Assembly (NCBI GenBank): GCA_045654005.1 | Contig: JAZOMN010000067.1 | Location: 1-38,394, forward strand | DNA from: Clostridia bacterium | GTDB taxonomy: Bacteria > Bacillota > Clostridia > UMGS1840 > HGM11507 | Direction: 5' to 3' | Length of the DNA stretch: 38,394 bases | Part shown: one piece after another, positions 9,432 through 18,764 of the stretch | Position numbering within the stretch: position 1 is the first letter of the stretch | How the letters are laid out: each line of letters begins with the position of its first letter | Position numbers and translations under genes: made by a program | The notes under the pieces: generated by a model | The model's input: the letters and a program-made list of their open reading frames with translations, nothing else | Told to the model about the DNA's origin: nothing | Databases searched by the model: none

Positions 9432-9484
9432 GTAGGGAACGCATTTATGCGTTCCGTTACGGAAGGGATAAATCCCTTCCCTAC
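9432..9484. repeat. REP-like inverted doublet: GTAG + hairpin ... hairpin + CTAC
   Basis: GTAG (9432-9435), then ggaacgca-ttta-tgcgttcc (9436-9455), linker gttac, ggaaggga-taaa-tcccttcc (9461-9480), then CTAC (9481-9484). An alternative outer pairing is gtagggaa/ttccctac. Confidence 0.7.
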
Positions 9485-9504
9485 ATATTGATTGAAAAAA
9501 GTTC

Positions 9505-11730
9505 CTAACTTTGTTCCAAAAGATTTATAGTCATTTCGGCATTTGATAATGCTTTTTTTGAAAGTTCTTCTTTATAGGTAACAAGATTTTGCTTTATTTC
9601 GTCCTTATTATTTAAAATTTTCTCTATCATTTCTCTTATATATATAGAGTCGATATTTTCTGCTTCGGTTAACATATCCTGTTTGATATAGTCTAAAAAT
9701 CCCTTTATTTTAGGGTCATAGATAATACCGATAAGAGGAACACACATTGTAGTCGCATATATCAAAGAGTGAAGACGCATACCTATAACAAGTTCGCATT
9801 TTGAGATTATTCCCATAAGTTTTTCGGCTGATTGTTCAGTTTTTATAATATAACCTTTATGGGACATTCTCTCTAAAATATTTTGTGAAATTGCCAAATC
9901 TTCACTTGGTCGCATTGTAATAAATATTGTTTCTATATTATACTTTTCGTAAACATAGTCACAGATTTTAGCAATTTTTGCTTCAAAGAGTTTGTCATTT
10001 TTATTCCATCCTCTTACTGATACTGCCATATATTTTCCGTCTTCTTTAATATTGTGTTCTTCCATAAGTTTTATAGTTTCTTCATCACAACACGCATTAA
10101 GAGTTATTGCAGGGTCGGCAGTAACAAACACTTCTTCGTTATTAACCCCTATTCTTCTTAATTCTTTTTCCGATAGTTCGTCTCTTAAAGTTATAAGGTC
10201 TGCTTTTTTTGTAACAAGAGCAGATATTTTTTCATTCTTTTCTTTAAAAGGACCTATACCGTTTGCATAAACTACAAGTTTAAGTTTAAGTTTTTTTGCA
10301 AGATTCATAAGATACAGGTAATAATAAAGGGAATGACTGCTTGTTGCATCGTGAATCAAAGTTCCTCCGCCGTTTAAAAACAGTTTTGATTTTTTAAGAC
10401 TTTTATATATTGTTATTGGGTTAAATCTGTTTACGGCATCAACTTTAAATAGCCTTGTAGTTTGTTTAGGATTTTTTGACAAGGTAAGAATTCTTACATC
10501 TTCTTTATACTTTCTTAAATTATCTATAATGGCAGTAAGAAGTGCATCGTCACCACTGTTATTAAATCCGTAATATCCTGACATAACAATGTCATATTTT
10601 TTCTTATCATAAAAGTCTTTTAAAATTCTTTCGTATATTTTTATATGAGATTTCGCAAGATTATCATTTGAGAACTTGGTTGTTGCCTTACTATATAAGT
10701 TTTCCCCAAATTTTAACCTAAGAACTTTGCTTTCTGCAAGTTGTAACACTTTGCTGGCAAAATCCACACTATTTTCATTTTCAAATAAAAATCCGTTTTC
10801 TCCGCTTTCTATAAGGTCGGAAATACCCCCGACATCTGAACTTATTGTCGGTTTTTTAAGTTTCGCACCCTCTAAAAGTACATAAGGAAAACTTTCGCTT
10901 AGCGAGGTAAGTGTATTTATATCAATAGCGTTGATAAAATCATAAATGTTATTAAGAAAGCCTACAAAATGAACTCTGTCTGAAATTCCGTATTCTTCTG
11001 CCTGTTTTTTAAGGTCTAAAAGAAGCGGACCTTCACCTGCGAGTAAAAATCTTAAATTGCTGTTTTTTTCCAGTGCATATTTAGCACCCTCTATAAAGAT
11101 TTTATGGCCTTTAACCAAATCAAATCTGCCTATAATTCCCACATAAGTTGTGTTTTCTTCGTAAGGAATATTATATTTTTCTAAAAATTCTTCTTTTGAT
11201 ATAAACGAATGAGGTTTTGTAAAGTCCATACCGTTATAAACGGTAAAGATTTTATTTGGTTTAAAGCCTCTTTCAATAAGCATATTCTTAAAGTTATTTG
11301 ATACACCGATATAGTAGTCCATATCTTTTAAGGCTATCTGATTTAAAAGAGTAAACACATATTTTTTATAAAAACCTTCAGTAAAATCAAGTTTATAGTC
11401 ACTGTGAACGGTTGAAACTACAGGGATTTTAATTTTCCTTTTAAGTAAAGAGGATACGAAATTAGCCCTTGCACCGTGAATGTGAAGAACATCAAAACCC
11501 TCTTTTTCAATTATATCGGCAATTTTTGAAATAATAGATAAATCGCCCCTGTTTTTTTGCTCGATTAAAACAGTATCAATATCTTTCTTTAATATTTCCT
11601 GATAGAAAACGCCCGGTGTAAGACAGATGATTTTCACATCTGCATATTTTTTTAATGCATCTAAAAGTGCAAAAACATGAGTTTTTGCACCTCCACTGTC
11701 TCCACCGCTTATCATGTGAAGAATTTTCAT
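9505..11730 (-). CDS. csaB: fusion protein: N-terminal GT4 glycosyltransferase, C-terminal polysaccharide pyruvyl transferase (CsaB-type)
   Basis: 741-aa ORF. Residues about 1-370 look like a GT4 (MKILHMISGGDSGGAKTH start, EGFPYVLLEGAKLKKP-type E-x7-E region). Residues about 375-741 start with the CsaB-like GYYGFNNSGDDALL motif. The start overlaps the upstream gene stop by 4 nt. Confidence 0.8.
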   Translation of the reverse strand: MKILHMISGGDSGGAKTHVFALLDALKKYADVKIICLTPGVFYQEILKKDIDTVLIEQKNRGDLSIISKIADIIEKEGFDVLHIHGARANFVSSLLKRKIKIPVVSTVHSDYKLDFTEGFYKKYVFTLLNQIALKDMDYYIGVSNNFKNMLIERGFKPNKIFTVYNGMDFTKPHSFISKEEFLEKYNIPYEENTTYVGIIGRFDLVKGHKIFIEGAKYALEKNSNLRFLLAGEGPLLLDLKKQAEEYGISDRVHFVGFLNNIYDFINAIDINTLTSLSESFPYVLLEGAKLKKPTISSDVGGISDLIESGENGFLFENENSVDFASKVLQLAESKVLRLKFGENLYSKATTKFSNDNLAKSHIKIYERILKDFYDKKKYDIVMSGYYGFNNSGDDALLTAIIDNLRKYKEDVRILTLSKNPKQTTRLFKVDAVNRFNPITIYKSLKKSKLFLNGGGTLIHDATSSHSLYYYLYLMNLAKKLKLKLVVYANGIGPFKEKNEKISALVTKKADLITLRDELSEKELRRIGVNNEEVFVTADPAITLNACCDEETIKLMEEHNIKEDGKYMAVSVRGWNKNDKLFEAKIAKICDYVYEKYNIETIFITMRPSEDLAISQNILERMSHKGYIIKTEQSAEKLMGIISKCELVIGMRLHSLIYATTMCVPLIGIIYDPKIKGFLDYIKQDMLTEAENIDSIYIREMIEKILNNKDEIKQNLVTYKEELSKKALSNAEMTINLLEQS

Positions 11731-13262
11731 TTGTTTTTAACCTTTCTTGATATATTAAGCGTTGCTAAAATAATACCTATCATAATAAAGAACATAAACA
11801 TTGTTCTTGGATAGAACCATATATATTCAACACCGCTTACAAAAATAATTCCCGTAAATGATGCTAAAGATGCGCATACATAATTTTTCTGGTCGCAAGA
11901 CAGAGCGTGTCTTATTTTAACAGTTATAAGTCTTTTTAAGGTAATTACCCAGAAAACCATAAGTGATACAAAGCCTAATAGCCCCATTTCAACCAAGACT
12001 TCCATAAATAGCATATGTGAATGCGGTGCTAAAACTGCACTTGCGTGTGCAAAACTCGGGTAGAGCAGGGAATAGGCTTCAGGACCAAGTCCTATACCTG
12101 TTATAAAATTATTTTTAAGCATTTTTAATGCGCCTTCCCAGATAAGAATTCTGTACTGATTTGAAGTATCTTTCATACTTCCTATAGTAAGAATCCTGTT
12201 AAGGATTGATTCAGGCAAAAACGGTATTGCTAAAAATCCTAAAAGTGCAATAAGCGGAATAAGTTTATAGTTATAAAACGCTATAAATACTGCTACAGAT
12301 ATTGCAAAAGATACCCAGCAAGAACGCGAATAGGTATATAAAAGTGCCATGAAAGGAACAAGTAGAAGGAAAAGCCAGATAAACTTTTTCTTTTTGTCTT
12401 TCTGATTTAAGGCAAATGCTGCCATAAAAGGCATAAACATAACAAGATATTCTGCATAGTTGTTAGGATTTTCAAATGTTGAATATGCACGCCCTGGCAT
12501 TCCCTGATTTGCGCTAAGGTCGGTAAGCCTTACATCAATTTCAACACCCATAATACCCTGATATATACAGTAAAGTGATGTAAGTATAAGGCCGATTGAA
12601 ATAATTCCAACAAATTTATTTAAGTCTTCCTCTTTTTTGATGCTTCCCCAGATAACAAACATAAATATAAATGAGGTAAAAAAGAACATAAATATTCTTA
12701 TACTGTCGCCCACTGCATTTGATATAATGACAGCAACAAGGGATGCTATCATAAATATAATCATTATAAAGTCAAATTTTGCAATTCTTAAAGAAAAGTT
12801 TTTTCCTGACATAAGTGTAACAAAATAAAGGAATAAAACAAACATGGCAATAAGGAGCCCATACAAGTTATTCCATTTATGCCCCGGAACACAAACCATA
12901 ATTACAATTAAAACTGCAAGAATATTCTGAAATCTTAAATATGAATTTCTATTTAAAAAATTATAAATTGAGTTATTTATACTGCCTCTATTAATCTTTC
13001 TTAAACTTTTATATACATCAGATGCAAAAGAAATTACTGAAATTATAATCTTATCAATGAATTTAAAAACAGATGATTTTTCGCACATATACTGAATTTT
13101 ATCTTCATGATAGAAGAATTTATAAATAACGCTCCCATAAAATATATCACGAAATTTATTTTTAAAAGAAGAAAGGAAAGTATAAATAAAACTGTATTTA
13201 AATGTACCAAGTAGTGATATAAAGGCATAAAAAAGTTTGCCTATAATACTTTCTTTAAACAT
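11727..13262 (-). CDS. O-antigen ligase / Wzy-like polymerase family membrane protein
   Basis: 511-aa ORF with about 12 TM segments and a periplasmic-loop region (YSRSCWVSFAISV...) typical of the Wzy_C/O-antigen ligase family. Translationally coupled to the GT4-CsaB gene. Confidence 0.7.
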   Translation of the reverse strand: MFKESIIGKLFYAFISLLGTFKYSFIYTFLSSFKNKFRDIFYGSVIYKFFYHEDKIQYMCEKSSVFKFIDKIIISVISFASDVYKSLRKINRGSINNSIYNFLNRNSYLRFQNILAVLIVIMVCVPGHKWNNLYGLLIAMFVLFLYFVTLMSGKNFSLRIAKFDFIMIIFMIASLVAVIISNAVGDSIRIFMFFFTSFIFMFVIWGSIKKEEDLNKFVGIISIGLILTSLYCIYQGIMGVEIDVRLTDLSANQGMPGRAYSTFENPNNYAEYLVMFMPFMAAFALNQKDKKKKFIWLFLLLVPFMALLYTYSRSCWVSFAISVAVFIAFYNYKLIPLIALLGFLAIPFLPESILNRILTIGSMKDTSNQYRILIWEGALKMLKNNFITGIGLGPEAYSLLYPSFAHASAVLAPHSHMLFMEVLVEMGLLGFVSLMVFWVITLKRLITVKIRHALSCDQKNYVCASLASFTGIIFVSGVEYIWFYPRTMFMFFIMIGIILATLNISRKVKNK

Positions 13263-13270
13263 AATATCTC

Positions 13271-13756
13271 CTATTTAAAATTTATATCGTAAACTCTTAG
13301 ATATAACTTTGCTTCTCCTGCGAGTAAAACAAAAGTATGGCCAACATAATATTTTGATGCGCCTACAATCATACCGTGGTCAAATTTAGTTGCATTTACT
13401 TCACTTGTTATTATCATTGATTTGTAGTCAGGTTTAGACGATTTAACCCATTTGCCCTCTGCGTCAGTTCCGTAAGATACTGCATCAAAAAGTTCTACAT
13501 TTGTGATAACACCAAGGCTGACATTTTTTGCTTCGTCCATAAGTTTGTCACCAACATCTACTTTTTCTGAGACGAAATCGGATACTTCTTCGATATAATA
13601 TTTAACTTCGCAAATACCCTGAGCATCTCCTCCGCTTTGTGTCGGTGCTAAAAATTTAAATCCTAAAATTCCGATAACCGCAACAATAACAACGATTATC
13701 GCAAGGCCAATAATGTTGATTTTTCCGAATAATTTTCCTTTTTGGTCAATAAGCAT
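13271..13756 (-). CDS. DUF4330-like single-pass membrane protein
   Basis: 161-aa ORF. The N-terminal KGKLFGKINIIGLAIIVVIVAVIGILGF anchor followed by a soluble beta-rich domain matches the pattern of the DUF4330 family, which commonly sits beside csaB-type clusters. Confidence 0.65.
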   Translation of the reverse strand: MLIDQKGKLFGKINIIGLAIIVVIVAVIGILGFKFLAPTQSGGDAQGICEVKYYIEEVSDFVSEKVDVGDKLMDEAKNVSLGVITNVELFDAVSYGTDAEGKWVKSSKPDYKSMIITSEVNATKFDHGMIVGASKYYVGHTFVLLAGEAKLYLRVYDINFK

Positions 13757-13758
13757 AA

Positions 13759-15270
13759 TTAATTACCTCTCTTTAAAAAATTGGTTATTTCTTTTGTTCT
13801 TAAAACGAGAAGCGAAAGAGCATAAACGATTACACCGCATATTCCCGATGCTCCAAGTTTTAAAATTAAATTTATTTTACCTTCCCCAAAGCCGATATTT
13901 TTGATAAAATTAACCGCAAGTGCCATTATTGCACACGAAACAAGCGATTTTATAAATGCTATAATAAGAGGCTTTATGGAAAGTTTTTTTGTTTTTACTT
14001 TAAACAGAATAAGAATATTAAGTCCGCCAATTATTGATGCGATAGAGTAGGCGACTGCAATTCCCGAAACCCCCATATATTTTACTAAGATTATACTAAG
14101 TAAAATATTTGAAACCATTATTACAACGCCGTTGTAAGCGCTGGTTTTAGTGTTCTTCACAGCATAGAACGCACGGTCAGTAATTTCTTTAAAACCTATC
14201 CCCAAAAATGCAAAAGAATACATTTTAAAGACATCTGAGCCAAGTATTAAAAATTCTTCTGTAAATTTTCCGTATCCGTAAATCAAGTCCATTATTTCAT
14301 AAGAGAAAATATAAAACGCAAAGGACAAAGGAACAAGAAGAAGAATCATGCCGTTTAGTGTAGTTACAAGATTGTTCTCAAAAGATTTATTATCATCTTT
14401 TGCCGCATCTAAAGAAAGTTTGGGATAAACTACCGAAGCGATTGCAAGAACAATGGTCATAACAATCTGAATACCTAAATTTTGAGCATTATTTAAGACT
14501 ATGTATCTTTCAGAGTCGTATGAAAATGCAATAGAGTTGTTTGTAAGCATATTTATCTGGTACGCACAAACCCCTACAATAACAGGTGCAACAACTTTGA
14601 AGATTTTTAACATATCTTCATTTTTAAAGTCAAAACTTATCCTGAATTTAAACCCTGTCTTCTTAAGTGCAGGAACTAAAAAGGCTGCCTGTATAAAAAA
14701 CCCGAAAAGTGTTGAAAAAGTAAGCCCGTATGCTCCGTAATTATCCGATATTGTAATAAGATATAAAATGCTTACAATACTGCTTGGCAGACTTACAGCC
14801 GCCGCAAGATAAAATTTGCCGTTAGCCTGCAGAAGACTGCTGAAAATATAATACATCGAGATAAATATAACCGATATAATTAAAACCCTTATTGCAAAAT
14901 TTCCAAAACTTAAATCTCCGCTTTGGGATATTCCCGATATAATGGGTGCAAGAAACTGCCCCAAAATTATAAGTAAAAGCGAAACGAGAGCAGTAAACGA
15001 AATTGTGTTGTTTATAAAATAGTTTGCTCGGTTTATAGTGTGATTTTCTCTTAAATCAGTATAAATAGGTATAACCGATGTTGTAAGAGTTGTGCCTATT
15101 ATGGTTGTTATTATATTGCTTAAAGAAAGTGCGTAAGAATAAGCACTGCTTAAATCGTTTACACCTATTTTCGAGGTTATAAGGCTGTTGGCAATAAGCG
15201 CCAGACCTCTCGATAACACATTGATTATAAGAACAATAGTTGCCGTTTTGGCAAGTTTGTTTTCGTTCAT
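13759..15270 (-). CDS. MurJ/MviN (CsaA-like) MOP-superfamily flippase
   Basis: 503-aa ORF with about 14 TM segments and a MOP/MviN-like N-terminus. Sits in an operon with csaB-type and Wzy-like genes. Confidence 0.75.
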   Translation of the reverse strand: MNENKLAKTATIVLIINVLSRGLALIANSLITSKIGVNDLSSAYSYALSLSNIITTIIGTTLTTSVIPIYTDLRENHTINRANYFINNTISFTALVSLLLIILGQFLAPIISGISQSGDLSFGNFAIRVLIISVIFISMYYIFSSLLQANGKFYLAAAVSLPSSIVSILYLITISDNYGAYGLTFSTLFGFFIQAAFLVPALKKTGFKFRISFDFKNEDMLKIFKVVAPVIVGVCAYQINMLTNNSIAFSYDSERYIVLNNAQNLGIQIVMTIVLAIASVVYPKLSLDAAKDDNKSFENNLVTTLNGMILLLVPLSFAFYIFSYEIMDLIYGYGKFTEEFLILGSDVFKMYSFAFLGIGFKEITDRAFYAVKNTKTSAYNGVVIMVSNILLSIILVKYMGVSGIAVAYSIASIIGGLNILILFKVKTKKLSIKPLIIAFIKSLVSCAIMALAVNFIKNIGFGEGKINLILKLGASGICGVIVYALSLLVLRTKEITNFLKRGN

Positions 15271-15321
15271 AATTTTTTCCTTTTTATTTACTTTAATTAT
15301 ATATTATATAATAATCCATAT

Positions 15322-17577
15322 TTAGTCAAGCACAATGATAGGAGCAAATTCAAAATATACTTCATCATCTGCAATTGTGAATTTTGCATATTTTAATTTT
15401 TCCAAAGTACCTTCAGGGTCTTCATAGGAAAACTCAGGAATATCGCATACTGTTATATATCTTATTCCTTCGCTTACCGTATAGGTATTATCATCTGCGT
15501 ATGTGATAATAAATATGTTTTTATCTTTAAGATTTTCTTTTAAAATTGAAGTTAAAATTTTAAGTTCTTCTTTGTCTTTGTGTTTTGAAATGTCAAGAGG
15601 CATATTTATAAACACGTTTTTCTGGCTTACCCCTTTTTCAAATACGTTAAGGAGCCAGTCCCATTGTTCTCCTTTAGTAGAAACAATGCTTCCTTTGGAG
15701 TTATCAAGTTTTAAAAATAAAGAATGTTCGGTGTCTTCTCTTCCGTAATTTGAAACTCTTATAACAGGCGAGGTAATCTCTTCGGGAATAACTTTAAATG
15801 CCGAAAAATCATATCCGTTTGCCAATATGTTTCTCTTTTTTGTTATATAGTTTGAAAATAAAGTATCACCGTGATTATTTATGCCGAATGTCGCATAGGT
15901 AAATCCCTCTTTATCGGTTGTTCTTTCAAATATATCTTTTTCTTTTTGTTCTGACGGTTCTTTTCCAACAGGTATAGTAAGGGAAAGGCCATTGTATGTT
16001 GCCGTAATATCTCCCTCGGTAAGTTTTGTTAAAATAAGAGAATCGTCTTTAAAATATCCCTTAGTGCCCTCAAAAGAAAATTCTATATTTTCGCTTGAAA
16101 GGTAAGTGGAATACCCCTCGCTGTCAGCAAGATAAAAAGTTGCACTCTGCGGTTTATCGGTAATTTCAAAAGAAGAAACTGAACATTTGATTTTTTCAGG
16201 TTTTTCGTAAACCGTAATGGTTTTACCTTTTTTTACACCTTTATATGATGCGTACAAAGTAACTTTCCCTGATTCTTCAGGATAGAAAATGTTACCTGTA
16301 AACTTTCCTTTTTTATCTGACGAGAACTTAACATTTTTTAAATCGACAGAATAATGGTTTCCGTACTCGTCGTATGCTTTGTCAATATATATTTCAATTG
16401 GTTCTCCTTTAAATGCTTTATCGGAGGATAAGGAAATTTCCATTCCCAAAAAGTCTGAATTTTTGCGCTCGGCAGTAATTCCTACCGCGTTTATAACTTT
16501 TCTGAACGAGGATTGAAGATTGATATTTTTAATTTCTTCTCCATCCATTGACGCGACCATTGTGGTAGAACCGCCGCCGTCAAAACTCATTGCATTTTCG
16601 TACCCTAAATCTTTTAGGAAAGTTGCAATTTCTTTAAAGGTCATTCCACGGCTATATGTCTGCCTTCCGTCAACAGTAAATAAAATAAGTTTTTTGCCTG
16701 TCTTATCTGTTCCTATTGCAGTCATAGGTGCCAAAGAATCAGATAATGTAAAATCGGCTATTTCGCCGTCTTTTAAAAGAATAGTTCCTCCGCCTACGGC
16801 TTCTTTTATATTTTCTATGTCAGGGGATACTGAAAACGAAAGTTCAACTTCGTCACCCACATAAAAGTTTTCTGATAAGAACAAAGAGTGCCTTAAAGAA
16901 TTATGAAGAACATAACCGTTTTTGGGAATTTCAACCCCTTCTTTATTGGAAAGAACCTGGGTAACGACACCGTCTTCAACGACAACCTCATATCCGTCAT
17001 TCATAGACCCCGGAGTTTTTTCCCCGAAAGAAGAGTCATAAAGTTTTAAATACATAGGGTCAGCATTTTTGTTATAAAATAATATTTTACTTGAATCGTT
17101 AGTTCTTTTTGATGTTACCATTATATCAAAAGTAAAATGGGAAAAGTTAACAACCGCCTCATTATCTAAAGTAAAAGTTGCATACGAAGGGTCGTTTGAC
17201 GGAGTGGTAACAAGAACACCGTCTTTAATCATCATTCCCTCGGAAGATGCAGTAGATGTGTAAGTGGTAAAAAAGTCCGCATTTATAGCAGCCACAACAT
17301 CTTTATCCTGTTTCGCAAAATCTAAAACGGTTGATTTTACTTTAGGATCAGCATCCGATAAGATTTTAAGACCCACACCCTCTTCGTTTAAGTCAACTGT
17401 AATATAGTTAATGTTAAGCCAGCCTGAAGAGGTAAGTTTTTTAATATTTGTTCGTAAAATGCCCTTTGATATATATGAATTAACAGTATCTTCATAAACG
17501 GTTTTGGAAAATCCGACAACTGAAAGGGTAAGATTTAAAATGAGTGTTAAAATAAGTATAAATGATGTCTTTTTCAT
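15322..17577 (-). CDS. secreted phosphodiester glycosidase (NAGPA/DUF2233) domain protein with a long C-terminal extension
   Basis: 751-aa ORF with a signal peptide (MKKTSFILILTLILNLTLSVVGFS). The N-terminal half carries the characteristic AMSFDGGGSTTMVA motif. I do not recognise the C-terminal roughly 370 aa (beta-rich). Confidence 0.7.
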   Translation of the reverse strand: MKKTSFILILTLILNLTLSVVGFSKTVYEDTVNSYISKGILRTNIKKLTSSGWLNINYITVDLNEEGVGLKILSDADPKVKSTVLDFAKQDKDVVAAINADFFTTYTSTASSEGMMIKDGVLVTTPSNDPSYATFTLDNEAVVNFSHFTFDIMVTSKRTNDSSKILFYNKNADPMYLKLYDSSFGEKTPGSMNDGYEVVVEDGVVTQVLSNKEGVEIPKNGYVLHNSLRHSLFLSENFYVGDEVELSFSVSPDIENIKEAVGGGTILLKDGEIADFTLSDSLAPMTAIGTDKTGKKLILFTVDGRQTYSRGMTFKEIATFLKDLGYENAMSFDGGGSTTMVASMDGEEIKNINLQSSFRKVINAVGITAERKNSDFLGMEISLSSDKAFKGEPIEIYIDKAYDEYGNHYSVDLKNVKFSSDKKGKFTGNIFYPEESGKVTLYASYKGVKKGKTITVYEKPEKIKCSVSSFEITDKPQSATFYLADSEGYSTYLSSENIEFSFEGTKGYFKDDSLILTKLTEGDITATYNGLSLTIPVGKEPSEQKEKDIFERTTDKEGFTYATFGINNHGDTLFSNYITKKRNILANGYDFSAFKVIPEEITSPVIRVSNYGREDTEHSLFLKLDNSKGSIVSTKGEQWDWLLNVFEKGVSQKNVFINMPLDISKHKDKEELKILTSILKENLKDKNIFIITYADDNTYTVSEGIRYITVCDIPEFSYEDPEGTLEKLKYAKFTIADDEVYFEFAPIIVLD

Positions 17578-17596
17578 AAAATGTCACCTCGGATAA

Positions 17597-17625
17597 ATTA
17601 TAACATAAAAAATCAGTTTTGTGAA
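17597..17625 (-). promoter_or_regulatory. candidate promoter of the minus-strand cell-wall glycan operon
   Basis: Read on the minus strand: TTCACA, 17 nt, TGtTATAAT (extended -10), followed by a GAGGTGA RBS. Confidence 0.5.
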
Positions 17626-17631
17626 TACTAC

Positions 17632-17660
17632 TTGAAAAATATTTATGAATTTGTTAAAAT
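17632..17660 (+). promoter_or_regulatory. candidate promoter of the divergent GT4 gene
   Basis: TTGAAA (17632-17637), 17 nt, TGtTAAAAT (17652-17660). Confidence 0.5.
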
Positions 17661-17687
17661 ATATTTAATATGGAAAGGAATGGTAGA

Positions 17688-18764
17688 ATGAAAGTTTTAT
17701 ATCTTATAAATCACGCCGGAAAAGCGGGAACTGAAAAATATGTATATAATTTAGTTAAAGCATATAAAGATAAAAAATGCGAATGTTATTTTGCTTATAA
17801 TGAAGAAGGGCTTTTGCTTAATCAGATGAAAGAGGAAAATGTTCCTTGCTTTCAGTTTGAAATGAAGCATCCTTTTGATATTTCTGCCGCAAAAAAATTT
17901 GCAGGTTACTTAAAAGAAAATGAGATTGATGTTGTTCACGCTCAATATCCAAGAGAGAATTATATCGCTCTTTTATCAAAACTTTTTTATAAAAAAACTA
18001 AAGTTGTTTTCACATCTCATCTTACTATAAAAACTAACCTTTTATGGAAGATAACAAATAAATTTATGACTCCTTTTAACCATAAGATAATTTCAGTATG
18101 CAATCACGGAAAAGAACTTCTTATAGGAAACGGCGTTAAGAAAGATAAAATTGAAGTTATTTTTAATGCAATGACTATTGATAAAGAAGAAACAAATTCT
18201 ACAATAAGAGAAGAACTTTCACTTAAAGATGAATTTTTAATAGTAACTTTGGCAAGATACCATTTTGCAAAAGGTCTTCCATTCTTGGTTGATTCTGTGA
18301 AAAAACTAAAAGAGATTGCAACCCGTCCGTTTAAAGTTTTAATAGTGGGCGATGGGGAACTGTGGGACGAAATAACCGCAAAAATTAAAAATGAGGGGCT
18401 TTCGGATACTATTTTGCAGTTAGGTTTCAGAAAAGATACTGATAATATTTTATCAGGATGCGACCTTTTTGTTAACTCTGCAAGTTGTTTAGAAGCATTG
18501 TCTTTTGCTATGCTTGAAGCATTATCCAAAAAACTTCCTTTGGTTGCTACAAATGTGGGCGGAAATTCAGATATAGTAAACCCTGATACCGACTGCGGAA
18601 TAATTGTTGATTATCCTGATTGTGATGAGATGGCAAACGCAATAAATACTTTAATGAACGATAAAGAAATGTATGAAAGAATGTCACAAAATGCAATAAA
18701 AGCGATAGAGGGAAGATTTAACTACGACAAGATGCTGGACAAAACGTTTGATATGTATATTTGA
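17688..18764 (+). CDS. GT4-family glycosyltransferase
   Basis: The ORF track starts at 17670, but the ATG at 17688 (MKVLYLINHAGKAGTEKY) fits the usual GT4 N-terminus. C-terminal EALSFAMLEALSKKLPLVATNVGGNSDIV motif. Confidence 0.85.
   Translation: MKVLYLINHAGKAGTEKYVYNLVKAYKDKKCECYFAYNEEGLLLNQMKEENVPCFQFEMKHPFDISAAKKFAGYLKENEIDVVHAQYPRENYIALLSKLFYKKTKVVFTSHLTIKTNLLWKITNKFMTPFNHKIISVCNHGKELLIGNGVKKDKIEVIFNAMTIDKEETNSTIREELSLKDEFLIVTLARYHFAKGLPFLVDSVKKLKEIATRPFKVLIVGDGELWDEITAKIKNEGLSDTILQLGFRKDTDNILSGCDLFVNSASCLEALSFAMLEALSKKLPLVATNVGGNSDIVNPDTDCGIIVDYPDCDEMANAINTLMNDKEMYERMSQNAIKAIEGRFNYDKMLDKTFDMYI

Noticed and set aside
18104-18529. 141-aa minus-strand ORF. The same applies to similar antisense ORFs at 415-600, 1164-1439, 1542-1829, 7650-7967, 16520-16864, 21926-22288, 30325-30639 and 31769-32179.
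   Set aside because: All are nested antisense or out of frame within strongly supported conserved genes. They lack RBSs and have biased, low-complexity compositions.
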